Source: a virus
Taxonomy: Duplodnaviria; Caudoviricetes
Length of the DNA: 64,000 nucleotides
Strand: one strand, 5' to 3'
Virus record (IMG/VR): IMGVR_UViG_3300043395_004688
Shown: positions 48,594-57,457 of the stretch, piece by piece
How positions within the stretch are numbered: position 1 is the stretch's first letter
How the letters are laid out: each line of letters starts with the position of its first letter
Made by a program: the position numbers and the translations under genes
The notes under the pieces: generated by a model
Told to the model about the DNA's origin: nothing
What the model saw: the letters and a program-made list of their open reading frames with translations, nothing else
Databases searched by the model: none

Positions 48594-48887
48594 ATGGCCG
48601 CTACGAAAATAACGGAAAGTACCAGTCTTGAAATGCACGTTGAACTGTGTGCAGAAAGGTACAATCGCTTAGAAGAAAAATTTGAGCTAGTTGAAACTAG
48701 ACTTGATAATCTTCATAGAGATTTTAATTCATTCAAATCTGAAAATTCCAAAAACATGGCTGATATCAAGACCATGCTATCCAATGCAAAAGATGAAAAG
48801 TTCAAGGTTATGGTAACTGTGACCGGTACAGTAATTGTTAGCTTAATTGGCTTGCTTGGTTACCTTCTAACACATTTGCCAAAATGA
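48594..48887 (+). CDS. Coiled-coil plus C-terminal TM protein (XhlA-like/holin-like)
   Basis: Heptad repeats, then VMVTVTGTVIVSLIGLLGYLL; GGAG at 48579. Confidence 0.6.
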   Translation: MAATKITESTSLEMHVELCAERYNRLEEKFELVETRLDNLHRDFNSFKSENSKNMADIKTMLSNAKDEKFKVMVTVTGTVIVSLIGLLGYLLTHLPK

Positions 48888-49150
48888 AAATAGTAGTAGA
48901 AGCCAAGATTGTATGGGCCCGTAAAGGCAAAAAAATAGCTAGAAAAGTGCGTTGTACTTCTGGACGACGCAAAGGTAGAGTTGTAAGTTCTGCTAGTAGT
49001 TGCAGTAAAAAAGTTGACATTAAAAAGAGGATGCAGTTTAAGCGTACCAAAGCTAGGATGCGTGGCCGCATTATCATGAAAACCAGAAGAACCAAAAAGT
49101 TTAATCCTTTGAGCAAAAGAGTAACCAGATTAAACAAAAGAAGACGCTAA
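48884..49150 (+). CDS. Highly basic small protein
   Basis: Extremely K/R-rich 88 aa, with a single Glu near the N-terminus. Confidence 0.7.
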   Translation: MKIVVEAKIVWARKGKKIARKVRCTSGRRKGRVVSSASSCSKKVDIKKRMQFKRTKARMRGRIIMKTRRTKKFNPLSKRVTRLNKRRR

Positions 49151-49170
49151 ATAGATTACTGGAGAACACA

Positions 49171-49794
49171 ATGAAATTTAACGATATTACATCAACCAAT
49201 CCGGCCCAGGCAGCAAAAAAGGCTTTGCGTAAAGAAAGCATTGAAGTAGCTGATCTAGGTGGCCGTCGCCTACGCGAAGAACTTCAACGTGTAAACGAAG
49301 AAATTGACACACTGGCCAGTAAGGGCGGTGAAGCATATACTAGGGCAATCCTTCACAGAGAAATCTACGAAGATATGGCCAAAGTTGATGCGGTAATCTT
49401 TGAAGCTGATTTAGACGACGAAAATATTGAGCAAGCAGAAGTTGTCATCGCTGCCCGTGCAATGAATAACGAATTTCAATCCATGATTGAAGATGTTGCT
49501 GACATGCTAGGCAGCGACATGATTACTTTAGTAGATCAAATCAAAGCTCGCTTTGGTGATGCTGCTGGTGAACAATATGCACAAACAGTCAAGACTGCAC
49601 TAGAAGGTGCAATTGATACCCTAACACAAACCAAAGACAGCCTAGATGGCGCTATTTCAGGATTGACTGGACCAGCACCAGCAGCCGAGCCGGCAGCACC
49701 TGCTGCTGACGCCGCAGCGGCTCCTATCTTCCCAAGTAGTAGTGGCCCAGAAGCCGAAGCCACTGGACGGGAGATTAAGAGTGACGCTGCTTGA
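49171..49794 (+). CDS. Acidic helical probable head-core protein
   Basis: MKFNDI N-terminus; LRKE-S and VIFE-A sites; late box at 49148; SD GGAG. Confidence 0.65.
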   Translation: MKFNDITSTNPAQAAKKALRKESIEVADLGGRRLREELQRVNEEIDTLASKGGEAYTRAILHREIYEDMAKVDAVIFEADLDDENIEQAEVVIAARAMNNEFQSMIEDVADMLGSDMITLVDQIKARFGDAAGEQYAQTVKTALEGAIDTLTQTKDSLDGAISGLTGPAPAAEPAAPAADAAAAPIFPSSSGPEAEATGREIKSDAA

Positions 49795-50122
49795 ACTAGT
49801 TAAAGCTGATCAGGGTTTTGCTAATGCTGTAAAGATGCTGATCATTCGTGGTCAGAATCAAGGCCAGTCTAAAATTCTGATGAAAGACATGATTGCCTCA
49901 TTGAACAAAATGGGTTTCAGTGCTGGTGGTCAGGTCAATGCTATACGAGAACTAGTGGCCACATTCAAGGCAAAAAATGATAAACTAATTTCTGATGTTA
50001 ATAACGACGAAATTACACTGACAACAGTTCCTTCGGCAGATACACAAGATCAAGCAGAACTAAACAAGATTGAAATCAGCAAAGATGCAACTGCCGCAGC
50101 AATGAAGGAACTAGGACTATGA
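49781..50122 (+). CDS. Hypothetical protein (GTG start)
   Basis: GGAG upstream of GTG 49781; MTLLELV start. Confidence 0.6.
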   Translation: MTLLELVKADQGFANAVKMLIIRGQNQGQSKILMKDMIASLNKMGFSAGGQVNAIRELVATFKAKNDKLISDVNNDEITLTTVPSADTQDQAELNKIEISKDATAAAMKELGL

Positions 50123-50466
50123 GTAGATTAATGTTAACTGCTGGCGAAGCCAGAACCAAAGCTCTGCAGGATCTTATAGTTTTACGCGAAGTTCGTGACC
50201 TAGAAGAATTTATTCTAATAGAATCAGCAGCCGGAGGATACCAAGTCATTGTATCTACAACAACAACCATGGCAAAGAATGCTGCCGACACCGGCTATGC
50301 ACTAGCAGCCGAATATTACGATGTATGGGTTGGCGCTAGCGATGACAGGGCCAAGTCTTTGCAAATGGCTAAGGTAGTACAATACTTCACCGACCTTGGT
50401 TATACAGTTGATCGCCAGACCAACTCAACTACCCAGACCACATTTCAATGGGTCATTTCTTGGTGA
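50119..50466 (+). CDS. Hypothetical protein
   Basis: 115-aa coupled ORF. Confidence 0.65.
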   Translation: MSRLMLTAGEARTKALQDLIVLREVRDLEEFILIESAAGGYQVIVSTTTTMAKNAADTGYALAAEYYDVWVGASDDRAKSLQMAKVVQYFTDLGYTVDRQTNSTTQTTFQWVISW

Positions 50467-50507
50467 CATATAGTCATTGACTTGTGTAGCAAATCTTGCT
50501 ATACTAA

Positions 50508-51230
50508 ATGACAATGACAACTTATAATCCTAAATTCAACTATCAAAAATTAGCTAGATCTGAAGGTGCTACTAGACTTTATACTACACCTGATGGCGAC
50601 CGGCTCCCCTCTGTAACCACAATTCTAGACAAGACCAAGTCTGAAGAAAAGAAAGCCGCGCTAGCACAATGGCGAGCCAGGGTTGGAGAAGAACAAGCTC
50701 AAAAAATCACAACCGAAGCCGCCAATCGTGGAACTCGGATGCACACCTACCTTGAAAGATACATCAAGGAAGGAGCAATGCCACAAAAAGGATCCAATCC
50801 TTTCAGCTGGCCCAGTTATGCAATGGCTCAAGAAGTCATTGACAAGGGCTTGATTAATGTTAGCGAGATTTGGGGAGTTGAGGTACCTCTGTACTTTCCG
50901 GGCTTGTACGCAGGAACTACAGATGGTGCGGGCATACATCTAAATGAAGAAGCTATCCTAGACTACAAGCAAACCAACAAGCCCAAAAAGCGCGAGTGGA
51001 TTGAAGACTATTTCATTCAACTCTGCGCTTATGCAGAAGCACATAACGAATTACATGGCACTTGCATTAAAAAAGGCGTTGTGCTAATGTGTGTTAAACC
51101 CGAACTAGATCAGGATCACAACATTGTTGGTAAACCAGAATATCAAGAATTTGTACTTGAAGGAGCAGACTTCAGGTACTACACTGATCAATGGCTCAGG
51201 CGTGTCGAGCAGTATTACAAATTAGTGTAA
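50508..51230 (+). CDS. PD-(D/E)xK exonuclease (Cas4/lambda-exo-like)
   Basis: LPSVTTIL, RGTRMH, EVPL, AGTTDG, LDYKQ and QLCAY. Promoter TTGACT-17-TATACT at 50477-50505. Confidence 0.88.
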   Translation: MTMTTYNPKFNYQKLARSEGATRLYTTPDGDRLPSVTTILDKTKSEEKKAALAQWRARVGEEQAQKITTEAANRGTRMHTYLERYIKEGAMPQKGSNPFSWPSYAMAQEVIDKGLINVSEIWGVEVPLYFPGLYAGTTDGAGIHLNEEAILDYKQTNKPKKREWIEDYFIQLCAYAEAHNELHGTCIKKGVVLMCVKPELDQDHNIVGKPEYQEFVLEGADFRYYTDQWLRRVEQYYKLV

Positions 51231-51269
51231 ACGATATCAACTTAACAAACACCGCAAATAAATATCAAC

Positions 51270-51716
51270 GTGGAAGCCCGCAACTTAGATCATTGGTTCT
51301 CAGATAGGCAAAGTCGCTTACTGGCTTGGAGAGAGTGGAGAGAACAGTTATCTACACTTTCTGACAACGACCTTTACAACGAAATTGCACAATGGTGGAA
51401 GTTTGTACCCTTGGTAAACAAAACTTTTGACCCTTGGCGTATGGAGACTTGGCCTAATCCCTGGGATCTAGTTGCTGGCGGAAGCTTTTGCCCTAGTGCC
51501 CAAGGCCTAGGCATTTTTTATTCTTTAGTGTTAGCTCGTATCGATTGCGAGCTAATACTAGCAATTGTTGACAATAAAGCTAGACTACTAGTAATTTTAC
51601 CAGATAAAAAGATTTTAAATTACATAGATGGCGAAGTAGTTGACATTGAAAAAACTGATTTGCAAATTTTGAAAGTATGGGCTCCTAGCGATATGACTAG
51701 GCTGGTTAAACTGTAA
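51270..51716 (+). CDS. Hypothetical protein, possibly transglutaminase/papain-like
   Basis: WPNPWDLV...FCPSAQGLGIFYSL motif; late box at 51259. Confidence 0.55.
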   Translation: MEARNLDHWFSDRQSRLLAWREWREQLSTLSDNDLYNEIAQWWKFVPLVNKTFDPWRMETWPNPWDLVAGGSFCPSAQGLGIFYSLVLARIDCELILAIVDNKARLLVILPDKKILNYIDGEVVDIEKTDLQILKVWAPSDMTRLVKL

Positions 51717-51775
51717 AGATATTGCGTCACCCACCTTGGTTAAGTAAGAAACTTACTACTCCAGGGAGAACAACA

Positions 51776-54103
51776 ATGGATCAATTGGTAGAACTTATGA
51801 GCAAGAGCACAATTAATGTAATTAAGAGAGACGGTAGAAAAGAACCGCTAGATATTAATAAAATTCATATCATGGTTGAGGAAGCCTGCGAAGGCTTAGC
51901 TGGAGTAAGTGTAAGTCAAATCGAAATGAATGCTGACTTGCAATTCATTGATGGTATCACAACTGCTGATATTCAAGAAATTCTCATTCGCAGCGCCAGC
52001 GACCTAATCAGCTTAGAAAAGCCTAACTATCAGTTTGCGGCTGCAAGACTCTTGCTCTACGGACTACGCAAGGATGTATTTGGTCAGTTTGACTATATTC
52101 CTTTGTACGACTTGGTCAAACTAAATGTTGACCGCGGAGTGTACGATGCTGAACTGTTGACTCAATACACAGAAGCTGAATGGCGTCAGCTAGATGTGTA
52201 TATCAATCATCAAAGAGACTTGGACTTTACCTATGCTGGTATGCGCCAAGTAGTAGACAAATATCTAGTTCAGGATCGTAGCAGTGGTCGTGTGTACGAG
52301 ACTCCTCAGTACATGTACATGATGATTGCCGCTACCTTGTTTGCAACCTATCCTGCTGATAAGAGACTAACTTATATTCGCCGTTACTATGACGCCATTT
52401 CTACTTTCAAAATCAACATTCCAACTCCAGTGATGAGCGGTGTGCGTACACCTATCCGTCAGTTTGCAAGTTGTGTTCTAGTTGATGTTGACGACACGCT
52501 TCCTTCAATCTTTAATAGTTCTACCGCAGTTGGATATTACATTGCACAGAGAGCAGGTATTGGTCTCAATGTAGGCCGCATTCGTGCTATCAATTCTAAG
52601 ATTCGTGGAGGTGAAGTAGCACACACAGGTGTTATTCCCTTCTTAAAGGTCTATGAGTCTGTGGTGCGTAGTTGCACACAAAACGGTGTGCGCGGTGGTA
52701 GCGCCACTGTGCATTTTCCAATTTGGCACAAAGAGATCGAAGACATCATTGTATTAAAGAACAACAAAGGCACCGAAGATAACCGTGTCCGTAAGCTAGA
52801 CTATTCAATTCAACTCAGTAAGTTATTCTATGAAAGATTGCTCACTGATGGCAACATCAGCTTGTTTAGTCCTCACGATGTACCAGATCTCTATGAAGCC
52901 TTTGGCAACAATGATGTCTTTGACAGTCTGTATGTAAAGTACGAAAACGACTCAAAGATTTCTAAAAAGGTTGTCAAAGCCATGCACCTCTTTAGCGAAC
53001 TACTAAAAGAAAGGGCAGAAACTGGTCGTGTTTATATCATGAACATTGACCACTGCAACAGTCATAGCAGTTTTACTGACATGGTCCGTATGAGCAATCT
53101 TTGCCAAGAGATTACTTTGCCTACAGATCCTATTCAATCTCTAGACGATGCCAATGGTGAGATTGCTCTGTGTATTCTCAGCGCCATTAATGTTGGCAAT
53201 CTCCGTGAATTGGATGACTTGAAAAACCTATGTGACCTTGCTGTTCGTGCTCTAGATCAGATCATTGACTATCAACGGTATCCGGTATTGGCAGCAGAGC
53301 GTAGTACCAAGGCTCGCCGTAGTCTTGGTGTTGGCTATATTGGGTTGGCTCATTATCTTGCTAAGAAAGGATTGAAGTATAGTGATCCAGATGCTGCTCG
53401 CGCAGTCAATCGTTTGACAGAAGCATTTCAGTATTATTTGATCAAGGCCAGTGTCAATCTTGCCAAAGAAACAGCACCGTGTGAATTGTTTAGCCGTACA
53501 AAATATGCCAATGGAGTACTGCCAGTAGACACCTATAAGCGTGACATTGACGAATTCCTTGGCAATGAACTGCATTATGATTGGGAAGCACTACGCAAGG
53601 AAGTGTTGGCACACGGCATGCGTCATAGCACTTTGAGCGCACAGATGCCCAGCGAATCAAGTTCGGTAGTATCTAATGAAACCAACGGCATTGAGCCACC
53701 TCGAGCAGCTATGAGCACCAAGAAGTCCAAGAAAGGACCTCTAAAGCAAATTGTTCCACAATACGGTAGCTTAAAAAATAACTACTCTTATCTCTACGAA
53801 GATGGTGTCAACGAAGGCTATATCCGTATTGTTGCAGCAATGCAGAAATATTTTGATCAATCGATTTCCGGTAACTGGTCGTACAATCCAAAACATTATC
53901 CTAACAACGAAGTACCAATGAGCGTGATGTTCAATGATCTTCTAACTACATACAAGTTGGGCTGGAAAACCAGTTACTACCATAATACCTACGACATGAA
54001 GGGCGAGGATGAAGAAGCTATTGTAATTGAGCAAGCACCTATGCTAAAATTAAGCAACACAGTAGTAGACAACGACGAAGCCTGCGAAGCCTGTACCATA
54101 TAA
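51776..54103 (+). CDS. nrdA: Ribonucleotide reductase class Ia alpha subunit
   Basis: ATP cone (VIKRDG), SCVL, SNLCQEI, MPSESSS and C-terminal CEACTI; SD AGGGAG. Confidence 0.97.
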   Translation: MDQLVELMSKSTINVIKRDGRKEPLDINKIHIMVEEACEGLAGVSVSQIEMNADLQFIDGITTADIQEILIRSASDLISLEKPNYQFAAARLLLYGLRKDVFGQFDYIPLYDLVKLNVDRGVYDAELLTQYTEAEWRQLDVYINHQRDLDFTYAGMRQVVDKYLVQDRSSGRVYETPQYMYMMIAATLFATYPADKRLTYIRRYYDAISTFKINIPTPVMSGVRTPIRQFASCVLVDVDDTLPSIFNSSTAVGYYIAQRAGIGLNVGRIRAINSKIRGGEVAHTGVIPFLKVYESVVRSCTQNGVRGGSATVHFPIWHKEIEDIIVLKNNKGTEDNRVRKLDYSIQLSKLFYERLLTDGNISLFSPHDVPDLYEAFGNNDVFDSLYVKYENDSKISKKVVKAMHLFSELLKERAETGRVYIMNIDHCNSHSSFTDMVRMSNLCQEITLPTDPIQSLDDANGEIALCILSAINVGNLRELDDLKNLCDLAVRALDQIIDYQRYPVLAAERSTKARRSLGVGYIGLAHYLAKKGLKYSDPDAARAVNRLTEAFQYYLIKASVNLAKETAPCELFSRTKYANGVLPVDTYKRDIDEFLGNELHYDWEALRKEVLAHGMRHSTLSAQMPSESSSVVSNETNGIEPPRAAMSTKKSKKGPLKQIVPQYGSLKNNYSYLYEDGVNEGYIRIVAAMQKYFDQSISGNWSYNPKHYPNNEVPMSVMFNDLLTTYKLGWKTSYYHNTYDMKGEDEEAIVIEQAPMLKLSNTVVDNDEACEACTI

Positions 54104-54111
54104 TAGGAAAT

Positions 54112-55215
54112 TTGATGACCGTAACAGTTTTTAACAAAGAAAAAATTGATTTCACCAAACAGCCTATGTTCTTTGGTGAAGCCCTCAATGCCCAAAGGTT
54201 TGATACCTTCAAGTATCCAGTATTTGACAAGCTGACTCAAACTCAGCTTGGTTATTTCTGGCGTCCTGAGGAAGTCAGCTTACAAAAGGATCGCAGTGAC
54301 TATCTAGACTTTCGCGATGAGCAGAAGTTTATCTTTACTGCTAACCTCAAATACCAGATTCTGCTAGACAGCGTTCAAGGACGAGCACCGGCAATGGCAT
54401 TTATGCCTTATTGCAGTCTACCTGAGCTTGAAGGTTGCATGAATGCCTGGCAGTTTTTTGAAAACATTCACAGCCGCAGTTATACACATATCATTAAGAA
54501 TGTGTATTCAAATCCCACTGAAGTATTTGACACCATGCTCGACGATGAAAAAATTATTGCTCGAGCCAAAAGTGTAACCAAAGCGTATGACGAGTTTATC
54601 AATGCTGCCCAGCTATATGAAGTCACCGGCAAGGGCTCGCTTCAAGATGTTAAGAAAAAGCTATTCTTGGCTATGGTCAATGTTAACGCTCTAGAAGCAC
54701 TTCGATTCTATGTAAGCTTTGCTTGTAGTTTTGCCTTTGGCGAGCTAAAGAAGATGGAAGGTTCGGCCAAGATCATTAGCCTTATTGCTCGTGACGAAAG
54801 TCAACATCTAAGCATTACCAGTCACATCATTAAGAATTGGCTCAAAGGTGATGATCCTGAAATGGAAAAGATTGCCAACGAAAATCTTTCTGCCATTGGC
54901 GAGATTTATGATCTAGTGGTTGAAGAAGAAAAAGATTGGGCTAATTATCTTTTTAGCCGTGGTGCCATTGTTGGCTTAAATGAAAAACTATTGCACCAAT
55001 ACATTGAATACATAGCTAATCGTAGACTCAAAGGGCTAGGTCTTGAAGCTAGGTACGAGCGTAGTGCCAATGATAATCCTTTGCCATGGACAGAACACTG
55101 GACCAGTAGTAAGGGATTACAAGTAGCACCACAGGAAACAGAAATTGAGTCCTATGTCATTGGAGGAATCAAGCAAGATGTCAATAGAAACACCTTCGCT
55201 GGATTCAAACTCTGA
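54112..55215 (+). CDS. nrdB: Ribonucleotide reductase class Ia beta subunit
   Basis: FWRPEEV, ENIHSRSY, LEALRFY, ARDESQH and APQETEI. Confidence 0.97.
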   Translation: MMTVTVFNKEKIDFTKQPMFFGEALNAQRFDTFKYPVFDKLTQTQLGYFWRPEEVSLQKDRSDYLDFRDEQKFIFTANLKYQILLDSVQGRAPAMAFMPYCSLPELEGCMNAWQFFENIHSRSYTHIIKNVYSNPTEVFDTMLDDEKIIARAKSVTKAYDEFINAAQLYEVTGKGSLQDVKKKLFLAMVNVNALEALRFYVSFACSFAFGELKKMEGSAKIISLIARDESQHLSITSHIIKNWLKGDDPEMEKIANENLSAIGEIYDLVVEEEKDWANYLFSRGAIVGLNEKLLHQYIEYIANRRLKGLGLEARYERSANDNPLPWTEHWTSSKGLQVAPQETEIESYVIGGIKQDVNRNTFAGFKL

Positions 55216-55462
55216 AGTAAGCGAACTTTATACCATGCAGTTTTGCGAATCTTGCAAGACTGCTATTCGTAAATTACACGAAGCTGGTTATGAGTTTGTG
55301 ATTTACGATGTAACTAAAATTGGTACTCGGCGAGTGTTTGAAGTATGGAAGCATCGACTAGGGCATAATCCAAATTTAGTTCCACAGTTTTGGTACAAAG
55401 GACAATACATAGGCGGTAGTCCAGCAATTGATAAATTTTTAAAGGAAAACAATGCTTCTTAA
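55178..55462 (+). CDS. Glutaredoxin-like protein
   Basis: CESC, VPQFW and YIGG motifs; GGAGG upstream; overlaps the nrdB end. Confidence 0.8.
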   Translation: MSIETPSLDSNSEVSELYTMQFCESCKTAIRKLHEAGYEFVIYDVTKIGTRRVFEVWKHRLGHNPNLVPQFWYKGQYIGGSPAIDKFLKENNAS

Positions 55463-55772
55463 TATTAGAAAACCAGGTGATACTGTTTCACTAAAAATGA
55501 GTTCAGGTGAAGAACTTATTGGAACATACAAGGGCGATGATGCTACCAGCTATATCATTGATAGACCGGTGTCATTGACAGCTGGTCCAAATGGAAAACC
55601 AGCTTTGGTTCCATATCTTATGACAGTTAATCCACAGAATGCTAGAGATATCGCATTCAATAAATCTTTAGTAGTTTGCGTTGCAACTACTGAAAAAGAA
55701 TTGGCCACACAGTATTCTTCAGCAATGAGTGGAATAGTAGCGGCACCAGCTGGATTGAGGCTTGATGCATGA
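55452..55772 (+). CDS. Sm-like (LSm/Hfq-fold) small protein
   Basis: VSLKMSSGEELIG...IIDRP...LVPYL pattern typical of phage Sm-like proteins. Confidence 0.55.
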   Translation: MLLNIRKPGDTVSLKMSSGEELIGTYKGDDATSYIIDRPVSLTAGPNGKPALVPYLMTVNPQNARDIAFNKSLVVCVATTEKELATQYSSAMSGIVAAPAGLRLDA

Positions 55773-56746
55773 CACGGCCAGTACATAGACTAGGAGACAT
55801 CAACGAGTGCGGCGGTGAAATTACAGAAGTAATACAAGGCACCGTATACGCCAATAATCTCTTGGTTAGTATTGACGGCAGTGATGTTGAAAGCGATCAA
55901 ACAGCTAATGGAAGCCAAACTGTTTTTATAAACGGTATACCAGTTAACCGAGAAGGCGACGAGGACGAAAGTGGCTGTGCTAGAGCCGAAGGAAGTCCAA
56001 ATGTATTTGTTGGGGATACGGCTTTTGGTTCTCCTCCGCGAGCACCCAGATCGGCTTTGTTTGTTAAGCCACCAACCCCAATAGCAGCCGATCAGAGTCC
56101 ATATCGCAGAACTGCGCCTCCTCCTACACGAGCCCAGAATGTACAAGCAGGTACTGCGCCCAATAATCCAGGAGTTGCAGACACACCTCCTATTCAAGAC
56201 CAACCGGTTACTCAATGCGAACCAGGCAAGCCCAATGTACTAGGCTTCCTAAGCAGGTGCCTTGAAGAAGCAAAAAATGGAACCTGGCGGGAAACTGGGC
56301 AAGGTGGTCGTCCAAGTAATCCAAACATTATCAATATGTGGAGAGACATTGGTATAACATACTATACCAGTGATCAGACACCGTGGTGTGCAGGATTTGT
56401 TTGCTTTGCCATGAAACAAAGCGGAATGAAATACATTAGAGATGCCAATGCTTTTAGTGTTGCAAACAAGTTAGGCAGCGGTAGCGTTGACCCAAACTAT
56501 AAAACAGTACCATTAAGCGAGATGAAAGCAGGAGATCTTGTATTATGGGGATCTGGTCATGTCAGCTTTTGCTACACAGCAAATAATGGTAGATATACCT
56601 TTGTTGGAGGCAATCAAATGCCTGGTCGAGCGGCTACACCACCGGTTAGAGACCCCAACAACGACGGGGATGTTACCATAAGTTACCCAGGTGGCTGGGT
56701 GCCTAGTTTAGGTGGTATTACCAAGGTGGTACGCTTAGATTGTTAA
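55769..56746 (+). CDS. PAAR-like spike tip fused to a CHAP/NlpC-P60-type amidase
   Basis: PVHRLGD...GSQTVFING.PV.R.GD...GSPNVFVG; P-rich linker; PWCAGFV...GHVSF...GGNQ. Confidence 0.8.
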   Translation: MTRPVHRLGDINECGGEITEVIQGTVYANNLLVSIDGSDVESDQTANGSQTVFINGIPVNREGDEDESGCARAEGSPNVFVGDTAFGSPPRAPRSALFVKPPTPIAADQSPYRRTAPPPTRAQNVQAGTAPNNPGVADTPPIQDQPVTQCEPGKPNVLGFLSRCLEEAKNGTWRETGQGGRPSNPNIINMWRDIGITYYTSDQTPWCAGFVCFAMKQSGMKYIRDANAFSVANKLGSGSVDPNYKTVPLSEMKAGDLVLWGSGHVSFCYTANNGRYTFVGGNQMPGRAATPPVRDPNNDGDVTISYPGGWVPSLGGITKVVRLDC

Positions 56747-56781
56747 ACAAAGCCTTCCATAAATACATGGGAGGCTTTTTA

Positions 56782-57447
56782 ATGTGTGATGCAAAACCAG
56801 CCGGATCCGGCAATGTACTAACTACACCCAGCGGTGTACCATACTATGCTGACAATAAAGCTCAGCGAGCTGGCGAAACTGCTGCAATGGGCCCAGGCGC
56901 AGGCGAGGCTACGCAGCCACCAGGTGGTGATCAGCCTCCTACAGATTTAACAGACTGCACAACCTACACTGACGCCCAATGGGACACAGGATGCAGTGAA
57001 AAATTCAAGTTTGCTCACATGAATAGAAAGCCACAAGGAGGTAGCTGTTCAGAAGCCGAAGTAGCTTGTAACTGGCAAAAGCTTTGCCAAAATATACTTG
57101 ACAAAGTTAAAACACAGTTCCCGGGCATGACAATTAGTTCAGGGTTTAGACCGTCATCTTATGATAGAGAATTAGGCGGAAGCGGAAACGGTGATCATAC
57201 TTACGGCAAGGCTGCAGACATACAGCTTGGTGGTGAAGAAGGTGCTAAACAACTTTTTAAATTTATTGGTAGCAGCGGTTTACCATATAGCCAACTAATT
57301 TATGAAGGAAGATGGGTTCATGTAGCCTACAACGGCGCCAGCCCAGCAAGTGTAGCAGTATTGGTTACTAGAACTGGCAGAGCACCTTATCAAAATGGTG
57401 GCGGTCGTGCTGGATCTGCTCTGCCTCCTGACCTTAGATGGGCATAA
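56782..57447 (+). CDS. Peptidase M15A (Zn peptidoglycan peptidase)
   Basis: ISSGFR, HTYGKAADI and WVHVAY; GGAGG before ATG 56782. Confidence 0.85.
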   Translation: MCDAKPAGSGNVLTTPSGVPYYADNKAQRAGETAAMGPGAGEATQPPGGDQPPTDLTDCTTYTDAQWDTGCSEKFKFAHMNRKPQGGSCSEAEVACNWQKLCQNILDKVKTQFPGMTISSGFRPSSYDRELGGSGNGDHTYGKAADIQLGGEEGAKQLFKFIGSSGLPYSQLIYEGRWVHVAYNGASPASVAVLVTRTGRAPYQNGGGRAGSALPPDLRWA

Positions 57448-57457
57448 GTAAGAGACT

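Noticed and set aside
50508-51230. Cas4-like nuclease as a sign of CRISPR
   Set aside because: No repeat-spacer array or other cas genes are in the window. Solo PD-(D/E)xK exonucleases are routine in phages.
22740-55215. Inteins or introns in terL, uvsX, gp41, nrdA and nrdB
   Set aside because: All have ordinary lengths and contiguous motifs, with no homing endonuclease.
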